In this document: positions 37,601 to 47,090 of the stretch, in pieces
How positions within the stretch are numbered: the stretch's first letter is position 1
How the letters are laid out: each line of letters starts with the position of its first letter
Source of the DNA: a virus
Taxonomy: Duplodnaviria > Caudoviricetes
DNA length: 64,000 nt
Reading direction: 5' to 3' (one strand)
IMG/VR virus record: IMGVR_UViG_3300037484_000235
Span: 188,522-252,521 of that record
Made by a program: the position numbers and the translations under genes
The notes under the pieces: generated by a model
Seen by the model: only the letters and a program-made list of their open reading frames with translations
Databases searched by the model: none
Told to the model about the DNA's origin: nothing

Positions 37601-38215
37601 CGGACCACAATTGAGAAGGTCCAGAAGCAAGCCACCAAAGAACTCAAGAAGGTTCTCGTTGGTGATACCAAGCTGGGGGATGCCCTTGCACGAAGCAACC
37701 TTCCGGATGCCATTGTTGCAGCTCAGGTCAAGCAGCAGATGGCTGCCCTTGCGTTTGCGGCGGGCCTCAGCCCCGACAAGGCGGCAGAGGCCGTAGACGA
37801 GTACATGACCACGGGCACCCTGTCCAAGACCCTCCAGGAAGGGCTGGGCACCCTACCGGAGCAGTCGAGGCGCGACCTCAGTGGTCTGGCTGGGGGCCTG
37901 GGAATCGGCCTTGGCGGTGGCCCGGAAGCCACTATGGCACGACTCACGGGTCAGCGTCGGGGCGCCACTACTCTCGATGAGGGAGTCGAGGACTTCATCT
38001 ACCGTGGGGATGGTGTGCGTGGGAACATCACTCCGATTGATTCGGCCGACACCTTTGTGGGCTACAAGCCAGGCGGTCCCGTAGACCGTGCCTCGGGCGG
38101 CGGGAACGTGAGCATCAACATCTTTGGTGGGGACGAGCGCAAGATCTTCGATGTGGTGAAGAGGGTTCTTCAGCAGTCAGGGATTGGACCAGGGCGAGTA
38201 GCATCACGTGCCTGA
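34688..38215 (+). CDS. Tape measure protein (1175 aa)
   Basis: Helical Ala/Gly/Ser-rich sequence, N-terminal coiled coil, hydrophobic LGAVLAVVGPLVIAFGLFAGVM segment and canonical position. Confidence 0.88.
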   Translation: MAKTNSDHVVKLSADFTDFVRQAEKASKKSSEIMGKALEVGVKSHVINGFEKSLKVYERLRERTEKKMDALVYAQDAKRAHKVAERFTEVAEKLAKLDRELKDKSLDAEVKLRKEAEKDLYKQKQKYLLKLSSGLELGFEDAERSLTETMGKITKEQRKATQAMTRTSDQMARGAERSAEFMKMFRRDATKGADDFNEKLGGALETFKSGLSDIDVGSMLSGGSKGVGKGLGGLSEMFSGLGASAGTGLGGLGGLATTLGAVLAVVGPLVIAFGLFAGVMMGIDKETKAFNKSAINTFGTRSVMNIGAKDMRENLRVLQHATADLNKTLGLTSDEAMGVFDALDAGGITLSNLTSNVSGVEGKAAALDRVLVRIASTSKSLGVSVNEFAGTMSEYTQTLGFSLENVAGQFANIAAQASDAGFSTRRFYSLITQASAGQASLNTHLDVTSQLLVRMAKTLGDKKAAETIGGAAGSFQDSSTQDRYKTIMTTGAGRTKKIIEKSASAQARSFASDFASSGVGDKIAKSIRDAGINFDTSTITAAGGAVSDDTKTKALVKQLAGMTRSGQAELIAAVTAGNPAMGRQLEQLVSLSRGTSGNMADMSDAMADLDPGATIAMKIQSAAAILGKPLNELTGVDRMAAESITGLSGEQMEVYRKLSADSEGRFNILQRKKSRGDTAPADQKAMAEQYGAIIQNGKIVSAAVVDGQIRTGTEVSTGLDLMTAQVEVGGDNTKTAQEQNFDLAQRAFDETVTISDLLQNDINNWLRGLYEDFGLPMIDMMGDLLSKMGIGGKTKAQRKEERDFGASLVTGVRKARTDLSTSGKTISNLEGKSTRTPEENAALSNARITRDSATAIIEDSTAALNRLSQGSDYDLMHVGSEGTLERSISGSGAQEADILRSRAATRGIRQGTAALATSGVAAAVPGTAAPGAGAAASTDAVVADHAEATSAPIAEATVEASAAAAEEHAETRTTIEKVQKQATKELKKVLVGDTKLGDALARSNLPDAIVAAQVKQQMAALAFAAGLSPDKAAEAVDEYMTTGTLSKTLQEGLGTLPEQSRRDLSGLAGGLGIGLGGGPEATMARLTGQRRGATTLDEGVEDFIYRGDGVRGNITPIDSADTFVGYKPGGPVDRASGGGNVSINIFGGDERKIFDVVKRVLQQSGIGPGRVASRA

Positions 38216-38879
38216 TCAGCGTCAGATCATTCGATCGGCTTTCAACTCGGCTCAAGACAGATTCCTGGGCCTGGGTAAGCGCCCTGTTGTGTTCGATATC
38301 ATCGCCCCAGGCAGTCAAACTTCCCTTCTTGGAGAAGACCTCAAGCTTGTCCTCCATGTCAACCCCGAGAGCATGCAGTTCACGTACACGAAGGTCATCG
38401 AGCGCACTCAGACGCTCGGCGGATTCGTGGAAACTCACTGGGGAGATGCACCGGGAGAAGTGGTCCTCAGCATGGCCACTGGAGGATTTGTACGGCTGTA
38501 CACCGGACTTTCCAATATCACGGGCCCTACCCCTTCGAACTCTAGCATTTTGCCTACAAGCATGCAGGCGACGGCTACGGGCGGAACACGTCGGGATACT
38601 ATCGCCTACGACAAGTACCTGGACATCCTCGCCCTCTTCAAGAACAACGGAGCCATTTACGACTCCTATGGGAATATAGCTCTACAGGGGCAGATCCTCA
38701 TGATGTTTGACGGTGGGGCGTGGTGGGGTTGGTTTGGTCCTTTCTCGGCTGAGGAAACTGCCGAGAAGCCATATCAGTTTGCTCTCACAACGACCTTCAC
38801 GGTAGAGCGTGAGAAGCACGTTCTACGCACAATCAACACACCTCTTGTGCCGATGGCCCGGACCGGAACGGGTACCTGA
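38208..38879 (+). CDS. Tube-like baseplate protein / tail tube initiator (223 aa)
   Basis: LHVNPESM...ERTQT.GG..THWG...G.F..F...E.AEKPY pattern typical of the tube-fold proteins that follow tape measures. Confidence 0.7.
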   Translation: MPDQRQIIRSAFNSAQDRFLGLGKRPVVFDIIAPGSQTSLLGEDLKLVLHVNPESMQFTYTKVIERTQTLGGFVETHWGDAPGEVVLSMATGGFVRLYTGLSNITGPTPSNSSILPTSMQATATGGTRRDTIAYDKYLDILALFKNNGAIYDSYGNIALQGQILMMFDGGAWWGWFGPFSAEETAEKPYQFALTTTFTVEREKHVLRTINTPLVPMARTGTGT

Positions 38880-38881
38880 CT

Positions 38882-40093
38882 ATGGCGAATCCCACACAGC
38901 CAGCCAAGTTCTTTGAGGGTCTTCCAACAGGGCCCGACTTCGAACGTGAGTACGAAACTCAGGATACGGTTCCGATCGATGGATCGAAGGCAAGTCTTCG
39001 AGCGTTCTCCCCGTTTGTCATGCGGGTTCTTCCCCCGATGGTTCTGGGAGAAGACTTCAGTGTTCTGCGTGTCTCCGCCCCCAGCTCCACAAACGGTGTG
39101 CTTACCACAGCACCACGTGCTGATTACGCCGGTGCAATCCGCTCCCTAAATCAGCGGAGAAGTCTTTCGGAAGAGACGTATCAGCAGCAGGCGAACCTGG
39201 GTGGCCTGATCCCTGGACTATCTCAATCGAGCACAAGAGACATCGACGCAGACATCTCAAACTCGGCTCGCAATCAGTCGATCTCTTCTGCCATCCCCGG
39301 GTCTGGTCGCAGTCGAATCGTACCTGCAATCTCCAATGATGCCAGTGCCCTTTCGATACTCCTCCAGCTCAGTCGGTTGAAGGATGTTCCGCCCCTTTGC
39401 CTCTACATCAATCCCAGCACGTTCACTGTCTCCCACGCCAAGATTGCCCAGTTTCAGGAGCGATCTCGCTACGGGTACATCTATCAGGCGTGGGGTGAGG
39501 AACTCACGAAGGTCAGCTTCTCTTGTACGATCGGTGCGTTCATCGCTGGTAGGCAATCAGCGGGACAAGATGGTGTGGCTTCTGGGGTTCAGTACGCTTC
39601 GAAGAGAGATTCCGCTTCGTTCCAGCAACTCATGGCTATCTTCTCCATGTACCGAAGCAGCGGGTACATCCAGGATACAAATGCGAACGCAACTGGTCGC
39701 CAATCCAGGGCAAACCTGCTCATTGGAAACACGGCGATCGAGTACGACCAGACCGTGTACGTAGGGCACATGGATTCATTCTCGTACTCTGAGGAAGAGA
39801 CTACACAGAACGGTGGGCTCAAGTTCGACATCGACTTCACGGCAATTAAGGTCTACGACACGGCCCAGCCGAAGATGTCCATCTCTCCAGAAAACTCTCC
39901 CGGCAACTTCTACAATCCGTCTGCATCTTCTTCCCCATCCTCAGAGTCCAGGCTATCTAGAACGATGCTGGGCTCAGGTTCAACACAGCTCCTATCGGCT
40001 CCGACTATCGGTGGGGCTCCGGCTCAACCTTGGGCGGGCGCAACGGTAGGTCTTCCATCATCAACTGGTAGTGTAATCACATCTAGGAGGTAG
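38882..40093 (+). CDS. Second tube-like baseplate protein (403 aa), paralog of 38208
   Basis: LYINPSTF...QERSRYG...QAWG...G.MDSFSYSEEE...FDIDF aligns by eye with the preceding gene. Confidence 0.7.
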   Translation: MANPTQPAKFFEGLPTGPDFEREYETQDTVPIDGSKASLRAFSPFVMRVLPPMVLGEDFSVLRVSAPSSTNGVLTTAPRADYAGAIRSLNQRRSLSEETYQQQANLGGLIPGLSQSSTRDIDADISNSARNQSISSAIPGSGRSRIVPAISNDASALSILLQLSRLKDVPPLCLYINPSTFTVSHAKIAQFQERSRYGYIYQAWGEELTKVSFSCTIGAFIAGRQSAGQDGVASGVQYASKRDSASFQQLMAIFSMYRSSGYIQDTNANATGRQSRANLLIGNTAIEYDQTVYVGHMDSFSYSEEETTQNGGLKFDIDFTAIKVYDTAQPKMSISPENSPGNFYNPSASSSPSSESRLSRTMLGSGSTQLLSAPTIGGAPAQPWAGATVGLPSSTGSVITSRR

Positions 40094-40095
40094 GC

Positions 40096-40383
40096 ATGGA
40101 ATCAGTCTTCGTTTTGAACATCACGCATTGGCCTCCAACCATGAGTGAAATCTGTGATGCTTTCGCGGCCATAGAGAAGCACATCCAGAGAGTCCAAAGT
40201 CTTACCATGAGTGCCGAGACACATGGGTCTATTGATTATGTGAAGGAGGCCGAACCTGATTCTTTGTGGGGGGCGACCATCCATCTCGAAGGTTCTTCTA
40301 GGTCTATCTCCTTTCTTGGGGAAGCTAACCATTCACATGAGACACCTTGTCTCGCTGAAATTCACTTCGCCCCGTCGAACTGA
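40096..40383 (+). CDS. Hypothetical protein (95 aa)
   Basis: Strong SD AGGAGG; fills the gap between baseplate genes. Confidence 0.6.
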   Translation: MESVFVLNITHWPPTMSEICDAFAAIEKHIQRVQSLTMSAETHGSIDYVKEAEPDSLWGATIHLEGSSRSISFLGEANHSHETPCLAEIHFAPSN

Positions 40384-40391
40384 CTTCTGGA

Positions 40392-43300
40392 ATGAGCCTT
40401 CTTAACCGACCATATGCTGGGACGTGGAGTCCAAATCAGCGCAAGGTGGTGCAATGGACGCCGGATGCTCTTGTCTACCTGAATGGTGATACGAGCATGG
40501 CAGGGTGTCCTACGTGCCATCACAGGATTGACATTCAGCAGTTTGTCACGAGCGTCTCAGTGGACGCCGGAGTGGACCCAGGCGCTAGTTCTGCGAGCAT
40601 CACCATGTCGATCCCCCGTCACTACGGGGATTCCATCTTCCGGGATGGAAACACAATCCTGCGCAACGGGCTCGAAGTTCACGTCTACTTCCGGGGCTAC
40701 TTTCCAATGGTCGGTCTGGCGGATGACTCGGGGACGGAATCCGTAGGCGGTGTCAATCTCGCGGACATCCCACAGTATCCATACTACCATGCGTTTCACG
40801 GGGTGATAACAGGAGTTAGCCACGAATACTCCGGCGGGTACTACTCAGCGTCTTTGACGTGCTCTGGGATGTTGCACTTCTGGCAGTACATGCAGATTGC
40901 CTCCAATGGTTCGTACTTTGGAGCACGACCCAACAACTCCGCAGTTCGACCCAACCTTAAGGGACATGTGTTCACGGGGATGTCCCCGTTTGCGATCATC
41001 TACTCGCTCTACAAGAACACGATGGGTGCGGCTGCTGGTGTTGGTTTTGCGCTCCAGTCCCGCACCAACATGCAGGCGATTTCGACAGCTTCCGGAGACA
41101 CTCTCTACTCGATGGCTCTCCAGTACTGGGAGCGTCGGTTCCTTCAGGGGATGTACGGACTCCGCATGCACGGAGCTTCGGGCCAGCTCTTCTCGGGCAG
41201 CACCCAAGCGTATCTTGCACGGCTTGGTGGAAATGACTCACGGCTCATCTCAGTGGTCAGTGGCTCTGGTCGCGGCCCACCGGACATCCTCGCAAAGAGC
41301 GCGGCAGCGTTCAACCTGATTGACTTGGACGAGAACACGGGAAAAGTTCTCCGAGGCGCCGATGTGCGTTCGCTGGCCTCTTCCGGTGGTGGCCGGAGAG
41401 ACTTCGGCGTGAACGTCGTGCAGATGCAGGCGTTCGTGAATGACATCTCCCAATACGGTCAGGTCAATCTTTTTGAGACGACATACGAGACGAAGCTGGA
41501 CATTGCCACGCAGGTCTCGAACATCTGTGGGTACGAGTTCTACCAGGACATGGACGGGGACTTGGTGTTCAAGCCACCCCTCTACAATCTCGACACCTCT
41601 TCGTCCAGGATCTACCGTCTTGAGCCTGAAGACATCATTTCGATCTCGTTCACTGAGAGCGAGCCTGAGGCTACCTACGCCACCGTGAAGGGCGGCCCGT
41701 TCCAGAACATGCGTGGGGCCGTGGATGAGGCCGAGTTTGGCGTTCGTGGCACCTACTACGACTATCGGCTCATCGCGCAGTTTGGGTGGCGTGAGGGCAG
41801 TATGGAGAGTAACTACTACTCCAACGCCAGGTCGGCTTTCTACGCCGCAGTAGCCAATCTAGATCGCCTCAATCAGGGGATGAACTCGGCAAGCGTTACG
41901 ATCCCTCTTCGGCCTGAAATCCGACAGGGGTTCCCGGTCTACATCCCACACATCGATTGCTTCTACTACGTCCAATCGGTTAGCCATGCATTCACGTTTG
42001 GAAGTGGTTGCACAACGACGTTGAATCTCATCGCACGTCGTCGGAAGTTCATCCCACCTGGAGACCCAAACATCCCAGGTGTCACAGGGATCAAGCTCGA
42101 ACAGACGACGCTTCCACCCAAGTCCCTTCAGTACCTAGACAACAGCGGAATTCCCCGAGTACTTGGGTTCCCAAATGTTGTCTTGGCCTTGGACCCAGAG
42201 CGGATCAATCCCCTCTTTTTTGTACTTGGACTTGACTCTGAGGAAGACCGTAGCAGTGGGTCAAGCGGGGCTGCGGGCCGTGATCGAAGAGACCTCCTCG
42301 CTTCCAACTTTGCGCAACTTCTCGTTCAAAATGGGATTCTTGCTGTTGGGGAACCAAGTCCCGCCACCACGTCACCCCCAGAGGGATTTGATCAGGATGC
42401 CTTCATAGATGAGATCGACCCACAACTGAGGGATGCTCTTGGTGCAATGTCACCAGGAAGTGCCGCGTCTCTTGCCACACCTGGTGTGATGGCCACCGTC
42501 GACTCAGAAACACCTGTCACAACGCACGTTGGACGCCCGGATGTAATCCGTGGACCGTGGGTCATTCAGACTTCAGATAGGACAAACACACCAGTTACCC
42601 CCATGCAATTGAGTGATGGGCTGACTGCACTCATTACGGCACGTACCTCAGTGAGGGCTCGACTTAGGGTGGTTAATCGGGATATCCGGAAAAAGGAGTC
42701 CGAGCTACAGGGGGCTAGTGCGGCTCAGATCGTAGAGCTGACCACACAAATCGGTACCCTTCGCGGGGAGGCTGTCACTCTGAATGAGTTCCTGGCTGGG
42801 GAAGATGCCCAGCACAGGTCCGTTACGAACACTGGTGGGACGGGGGCCTTGAGTGAGAACGGGGAGTTGGTGAACTTCCTCATTGGCTTGGTACGTCAGA
42901 GAAACCCTAACACCGCAAATCGGGATATGAGTGTGGACCCAACTGGGTCTGTCAATGACTCCGCAACTCTCTTGGACATGCTTGGGGATCGAAAAGCCTC
43001 GATTGGGCTCAACACCCCGGGCTATTACCGCTACTACTCCTCAGCTCATCCGGACCCAGACCAACAGGGGTACATTGCAATTCCGGCACCCCCTGAGTCC
43101 ACAACAGCAGTAGTAAGTGATGGTGAGTCACTCAGCCCATCTACCCCCATACGGGATTGGCCTGAGGACATGGATCCGGCCCTTGCAAACTCCCTGGACA
43201 CCCTCAACTTGGACGGACTTTCCGAGGAGTTGTCTTCGGGCACAGAGGCTGTGGGTGTCGTTGCCATAACGGGCGAAGACCTGGGATTGGGGCAGACTGG

Positions 43301-45461
43301 GGACCCAGCTGACCTTGCGAACTTCGTCTCTCTTGTCAACAAGTCTCCAGTGAATGGGTTGAACGTGAGAACGTTCGCCTCACAGGATCCAACACCTACC
43401 CCCACAGACCAAATCTTCGCCCTGTCCTTTGAGCAGCGTGTTACTACTCGATGGGGTAGGACGACTGTCTTTGTCGAGAGGCGGTCAGTACAAGCCATCA
43501 CAGACATGCTTCTGAAGTGCTTGTCCCCTTCAAGCCCTCTCGGGGACAGACTGGGATTGAAATTCCTAAAGAGGGTTAAGGATGGCGCGGGGTCCGATAG
43601 TAATGCAGCCGAAACTGGTGGGGCACTGGTCGCTCGTGCCACAGGTCAGATTACCGACCTTGTGGGTGGTGACAACACCAAGATTACGTCTGCGGATATT
43701 GCCGAAGGGACAGTCAACATTCTCGCGATGTTGGACGGGGCGCTCGTAACGGATGTTGCAGTAGGTCCCACCAACACCCCTGATAGGGTAGCTAATATCT
43801 GCAAGGTAAAGGGGAATGCCCTCATCCAGCAGGTGTCTAAGGCTAACGAAAGCCGTATCCAGACTGCGATTAGGATCATCCAAACGAATCCGGCAACAAC
43901 AGCCCCCGGAGTGTCTACTATATCCCCCCCCGTTACCGAGAGTGATTCAGCATTGGCCTCCAGGGTCTCTTCAGGTCATAGTCAAATATCTGCACAGGTA
44001 CTTCGTGCTATCCGTGTCTTGGAGTCCGGTGGCAACCCTCGATCACTTCAATTTGAGTCGAGATTGTTCAGGGAGGCTACAGGGATCACAGTTTCTGATA
44101 TCCCCGGGGAGAATGCTCGTGTTAGATTCAATCGAATGCTCCGGGATTACCCTGCGTACAGTGATGATGTGATTCGTTCCACATCATTTGGTCTCTACCA
44201 AGTACTTGGGAATACCTTGATCGCAGAGGAGCCCTCTGATCCTGTTGGGTCGTGGGATAGAAACCCTGAGAATGTAAGCAATGACTTACTTGTTCGGTTC
44301 CTTGATGAACGTCCTGCGGTACGATCCGCCATGGAGACGGTCACTCAAGATCCCTCTCAGGGAAACATCAACAGTCTAGCTCGGGTCTATAATGGTGCCA
44401 GGGTAGGCACTGTGGATAACGACAGATGGAGTAGCCGATTCACATCTGCTCTCAACACAGGAGTTGTAGGGCGTGCTGCTACAGGGCAGTCCGGCGGTCG
44501 TAGAATTGTAGGAGAAGCGGCTAGACAGCTCGCGGCGGCTTTCTCTCATTGGAAAGCGGATCTTCTGAAATTGTTTGACGGTGATTTCCCGTCTGATCTT
44601 CCCTTCGGATTCAGTACCGAAGAGGCTGTCATCTCGGAGCCTATCAGTAACTATGCTCCGGTGTTCCCCGTGAGCGACGCTGTAGGGTACGAGCACTATG
44701 GGACGTACCAGTACGGGCGGGGCCTCAGCATCGAGCCTGGGGGCAACTACGAGAAGCTCATGGGGACGGACCCATTCCAGTACGTGGACGCCACTCTTGC
44801 ACAAAACTACGTGGACGCCGTTCGTCGATCAGGGAGCGCTGACAACACCGCCAACAACCCAGAGGTGAGGGCCGCCCTCACGGCCATTGCCAGCGACGCT
44901 GGATTTGCCAACAGCCCGGGAGCCGCCATCGCCCTCCGCATCTATCGGGAGGACAGCGCTGCTGACCTTAGCGGGGACCGTACAGCCATGCTCACCTCAG
45001 GGCTAGCCAACTACGTCATGAGCGATCGGGACGCCATCACCAAGCTCCCAGTGTCCAACGCGGCGTTCCGCCTTGCAGACCTCAACCCTAACATAACTGG
45101 GGAAGACACCTGTGAGTGCCGTGGGGCAGAGGCCGACCTACTCCTCGGGGCCTACATGCGTGGGGCCAACGAGACTACGTTTGCTCAGATTGAGACAACA
45201 GACGAAGCTAGTCAGTGGGTCGCCAATCAGATGGTTCTTGCCGCGGACTCCTGGACCCTCACGCAGAACGCACTGCGGGGTGCAGCTCTCTCTGGCGCAG
45301 GTCGCAAGTCCGTCTTCGACAGCGTGCAGGGCATCTTGGGAATTGCATCTCAGGTGGTTTCCCCTTTTAACCAGCTGGAGTCTGATTTGAATGGGGTGGC
45401 TGATCCATCTAGTCAGAATCTCAGGCGTTTGAACCAATTGGCTAGCAAAGTTGGCGCCTGA
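40392..45461 (+). CDS. Baseplate hub protein with an inserted N-acetylmuramidase (DUF3380/PF11860-like) domain (1689 aa)
   Basis: The N-terminal ~550 aa are hub-like (FYQDMDGDLVFKPP.Y, ITIPLRPEIRQGFP). Near 43985-44460 lies AIRVLESGG...FESRLF...STSFGLYQVLG...LARVYNG. Confidence 0.8.
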   Translation: MSLLNRPYAGTWSPNQRKVVQWTPDALVYLNGDTSMAGCPTCHHRIDIQQFVTSVSVDAGVDPGASSASITMSIPRHYGDSIFRDGNTILRNGLEVHVYFRGYFPMVGLADDSGTESVGGVNLADIPQYPYYHAFHGVITGVSHEYSGGYYSASLTCSGMLHFWQYMQIASNGSYFGARPNNSAVRPNLKGHVFTGMSPFAIIYSLYKNTMGAAAGVGFALQSRTNMQAISTASGDTLYSMALQYWERRFLQGMYGLRMHGASGQLFSGSTQAYLARLGGNDSRLISVVSGSGRGPPDILAKSAAAFNLIDLDENTGKVLRGADVRSLASSGGGRRDFGVNVVQMQAFVNDISQYGQVNLFETTYETKLDIATQVSNICGYEFYQDMDGDLVFKPPLYNLDTSSSRIYRLEPEDIISISFTESEPEATYATVKGGPFQNMRGAVDEAEFGVRGTYYDYRLIAQFGWREGSMESNYYSNARSAFYAAVANLDRLNQGMNSASVTIPLRPEIRQGFPVYIPHIDCFYYVQSVSHAFTFGSGCTTTLNLIARRRKFIPPGDPNIPGVTGIKLEQTTLPPKSLQYLDNSGIPRVLGFPNVVLALDPERINPLFFVLGLDSEEDRSSGSSGAAGRDRRDLLASNFAQLLVQNGILAVGEPSPATTSPPEGFDQDAFIDEIDPQLRDALGAMSPGSAASLATPGVMATVDSETPVTTHVGRPDVIRGPWVIQTSDRTNTPVTPMQLSDGLTALITARTSVRARLRVVNRDIRKKESELQGASAAQIVELTTQIGTLRGEAVTLNEFLAGEDAQHRSVTNTGGTGALSENGELVNFLIGLVRQRNPNTANRDMSVDPTGSVNDSATLLDMLGDRKASIGLNTPGYYRYYSSAHPDPDQQGYIAIPAPPESTTAVVSDGESLSPSTPIRDWPEDMDPALANSLDTLNLDGLSEELSSGTEAVGVVAITGEDLGLGQTGDPADLANFVSLVNKSPVNGLNVRTFASQDPTPTPTDQIFALSFEQRVTTRWGRTTVFVERRSVQAITDMLLKCLSPSSPLGDRLGLKFLKRVKDGAGSDSNAAETGGALVARATGQITDLVGGDNTKITSADIAEGTVNILAMLDGALVTDVAVGPTNTPDRVANICKVKGNALIQQVSKANESRIQTAIRIIQTNPATTAPGVSTISPPVTESDSALASRVSSGHSQISAQVLRAIRVLESGGNPRSLQFESRLFREATGITVSDIPGENARVRFNRMLRDYPAYSDDVIRSTSFGLYQVLGNTLIAEEPSDPVGSWDRNPENVSNDLLVRFLDERPAVRSAMETVTQDPSQGNINSLARVYNGARVGTVDNDRWSSRFTSALNTGVVGRAATGQSGGRRIVGEAARQLAAAFSHWKADLLKLFDGDFPSDLPFGFSTEEAVISEPISNYAPVFPVSDAVGYEHYGTYQYGRGLSIEPGGNYEKLMGTDPFQYVDATLAQNYVDAVRRSGSADNTANNPEVRAALTAIASDAGFANSPGAAIALRIYREDSAADLSGDRTAMLTSGLANYVMSDRDAITKLPVSNAAFRLADLNPNITGEDTCECRGAEADLLLGAYMRGANETTFAQIETTDEASQWVANQMVLAADSWTLTQNALRGAALSGAGRKSVFDSVQGILGIASQVVSPFNQLESDLNGVADPSSQNLRRLNQLASKVGA

Positions 45462-45469
45462 CACAAAAG

Positions 45470-45499
45470 GAAACGCCCGCTGGTGGTAGCGGGCGTTTC
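45470..45499. terminator. Intrinsic terminator between convergent genes (stronger on the - strand)
   Basis: GAAACGCCCGCT-ggtggt-AGCGGGCGTTTC 12-bp stem; on the - strand it is followed by CTTTTGTGT. Confidence 0.8.
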
Positions 45500-45520
45500 T
45501 CAATCTACTCCGGGTCTGGT

Positions 45521-46270
45521 TTAGATACGGTCGGGGTTGCGAAAACCACCACGCGCTTGGCTGGCTGGCACTGTGGCAGCTGCCTCTGTCAATCTCCTGT
45601 ACTCTCTTTGAGACAGTATGAATCGGCGGCGTGCTGCCATGTCCACAGCGTAGAATCGGTTGGTCAGTTGTACGGATCTACCTGGAGTTTCAGGGTCCGT
45701 ACTTGGAACCACTCGATTCAACAGGCGCCCACCGATGGGAACGCCATCCATTGCCCCACCCCAGTGATCCGCACTTGGAGTTGGGTCCGAGTAAACTCCT
45801 TCGTAGAAGTTCTCGACGAACTCCCGTACCTCACGCCATGGTGTGACGTAATTTGTCCAGGCCACGTTTGAGGGAAATCCTGGGTCTGATTCCAGTTCGC
45901 CCCAAGGGAGTTTGCGGACCCACTGTTGGCGAAGGGAAGGTCGAGATACTCGATGTACCGCACAGTATCGGCGGACGAGCCGTTCGAACGTCAGAGTGGG
46001 TTCACTCTGAAGTCTTTTGACCCATCGACGAGTAAGAAGATGGGAGATTGCCGAGTACTCGGTAACACGACCCCAATCTGCTTCACCCACTAGACACTGA
46101 GCTAGTGCTAGACGCGCCCCATCTGTCCACTGGCCATCCAGAGGATTTTGAGTTGTGTCTGGCTTCGATTCAGTTGGGTTTGAATCCTGGGCCATTGCAA
46201 TCGACGATGCAGACATCGTCGTAACTACACAGATCAGAATCCATGCTTTGATCATCTTCAGAAACTTCAT
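45521..46270 (-). CDS. SleB/Hydrolase_2-like cell wall hydrolase with a signal peptide (249 aa)
   Basis: N-terminal MKFLKMIKAWILICVVTTMSASSIAMA|Q signal; LALAQCLVGEA catalytic-Glu motif, DPTPSADHWGG, and a terminal RFY. Confidence 0.65.
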   Translation of the reverse strand: MKFLKMIKAWILICVVTTMSASSIAMAQDSNPTESKPDTTQNPLDGQWTDGARLALAQCLVGEADWGRVTEYSAISHLLTRRWVKRLQSEPTLTFERLVRRYCAVHRVSRPSLRQQWVRKLPWGELESDPGFPSNVAWTNYVTPWREVREFVENFYEGVYSDPTPSADHWGGAMDGVPIGGRLLNRVVPSTDPETPGRSVQLTNRFYAVDMAARRRFILSQREYRRLTEAAATVPASQARGGFRNPDRI

Positions 46271-46418
46271 TGGGAATTCCTATAGCGGGGGACGAGTTGA
46301 CCAGCATGGTCTATCCGCCCTCGTTTTTGGTTAATTGTGGTGTATGCTGGATCTCCTTTGTTGACTGTTGGTTGACGGGATAGTGGTATATCGTCGTGTT
46401 ATCGAGCTATAGCCGGAA

Positions 46419-47090
46419 TCATGGGTTAATTTGCTGTGTCCACCGATTGATCCAATGGGCACACTCTTTGTGAACCCAACTAATGTTCCCCCCACCCCAT
46501 AGGATCTCCTCAGGGGTGTCGTGAACTACTACGCTTTTGTTGCAGAAGACGCATTCCATCCCACGTTTCAGTTCGGGGTACTTCGATCTGAGGAACATGT
46601 TGTCTTCTGTCCAGTCTGTGATTTCCTGGTACACTTCAACGTAGAGCAGAGGGGTTCTCATCGGAGGACTTGGATCAAAGAGTGGAGATGATGGAAATCC
46701 GTTGGTGATTGCATCTAGCATCGTGAATCCCATACGTGGGTCTATCTCAAAGAATGTGGGTGCGAATCTCCTGGCCAGATCCACGAAAACTGAGATGAGA
46801 AATATCTCTGCATCTGGGTTCGTGGCCATTGAACCGAATTTGTCACCGGAGATGATGTGCCTCTGTGACCACTGGCAGTCTTTCTTCCACGTCCAGCCTT
46901 TTGGAAGGTGTTCTGGTTTGACAAGCACTTCCAATGAGATGGTGATGGAGTTAGATATGCCTTCCCTACTCGTTAGGTATGAAGTCTCAATCCAGGGGAT
47001 GGTAGTGAGTGACCCCAGAGTATGCTCGTCTAAGAGCCCTTCGGAGTTACTCAGAACGTCAGCAACTTGAGTTAGAGACAGGGATGTCAC
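46419..47090 (-). CDS. Hypothetical protein with a C-terminal zinc-binding motif (223 aa)
   Basis: GTG 47090 overlaps the HNH gene stop (GTGA); CVFC...HKEC. Confidence 0.65.
   Translation of the reverse strand: MTSLSLTQVADVLSNSEGLLDEHTLGSLTTIPWIETSYLTSREGISNSITISLEVLVKPEHLPKGWTWKKDCQWSQRHIISGDKFGSMATNPDAEIFLISVFVDLARRFAPTFFEIDPRMGFTMLDAITNGFPSSPLFDPSPPMRTPLLYVEVYQEITDWTEDNMFLRSKYPELKRGMECVFCNKSVVVHDTPEEILWGGGNISWVHKECAHWINRWTQQINP

Noticed and set aside
22179-45461. Extracellular contractile injection system or tailocin rather than a phage
   Set aside because: Neck-like genes, homing endonucleases, a helicase, phage-type small genes and the absence of host housekeeping genes favour a phage. 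Capsid and terminase are not in this window, so this is not formally proven.
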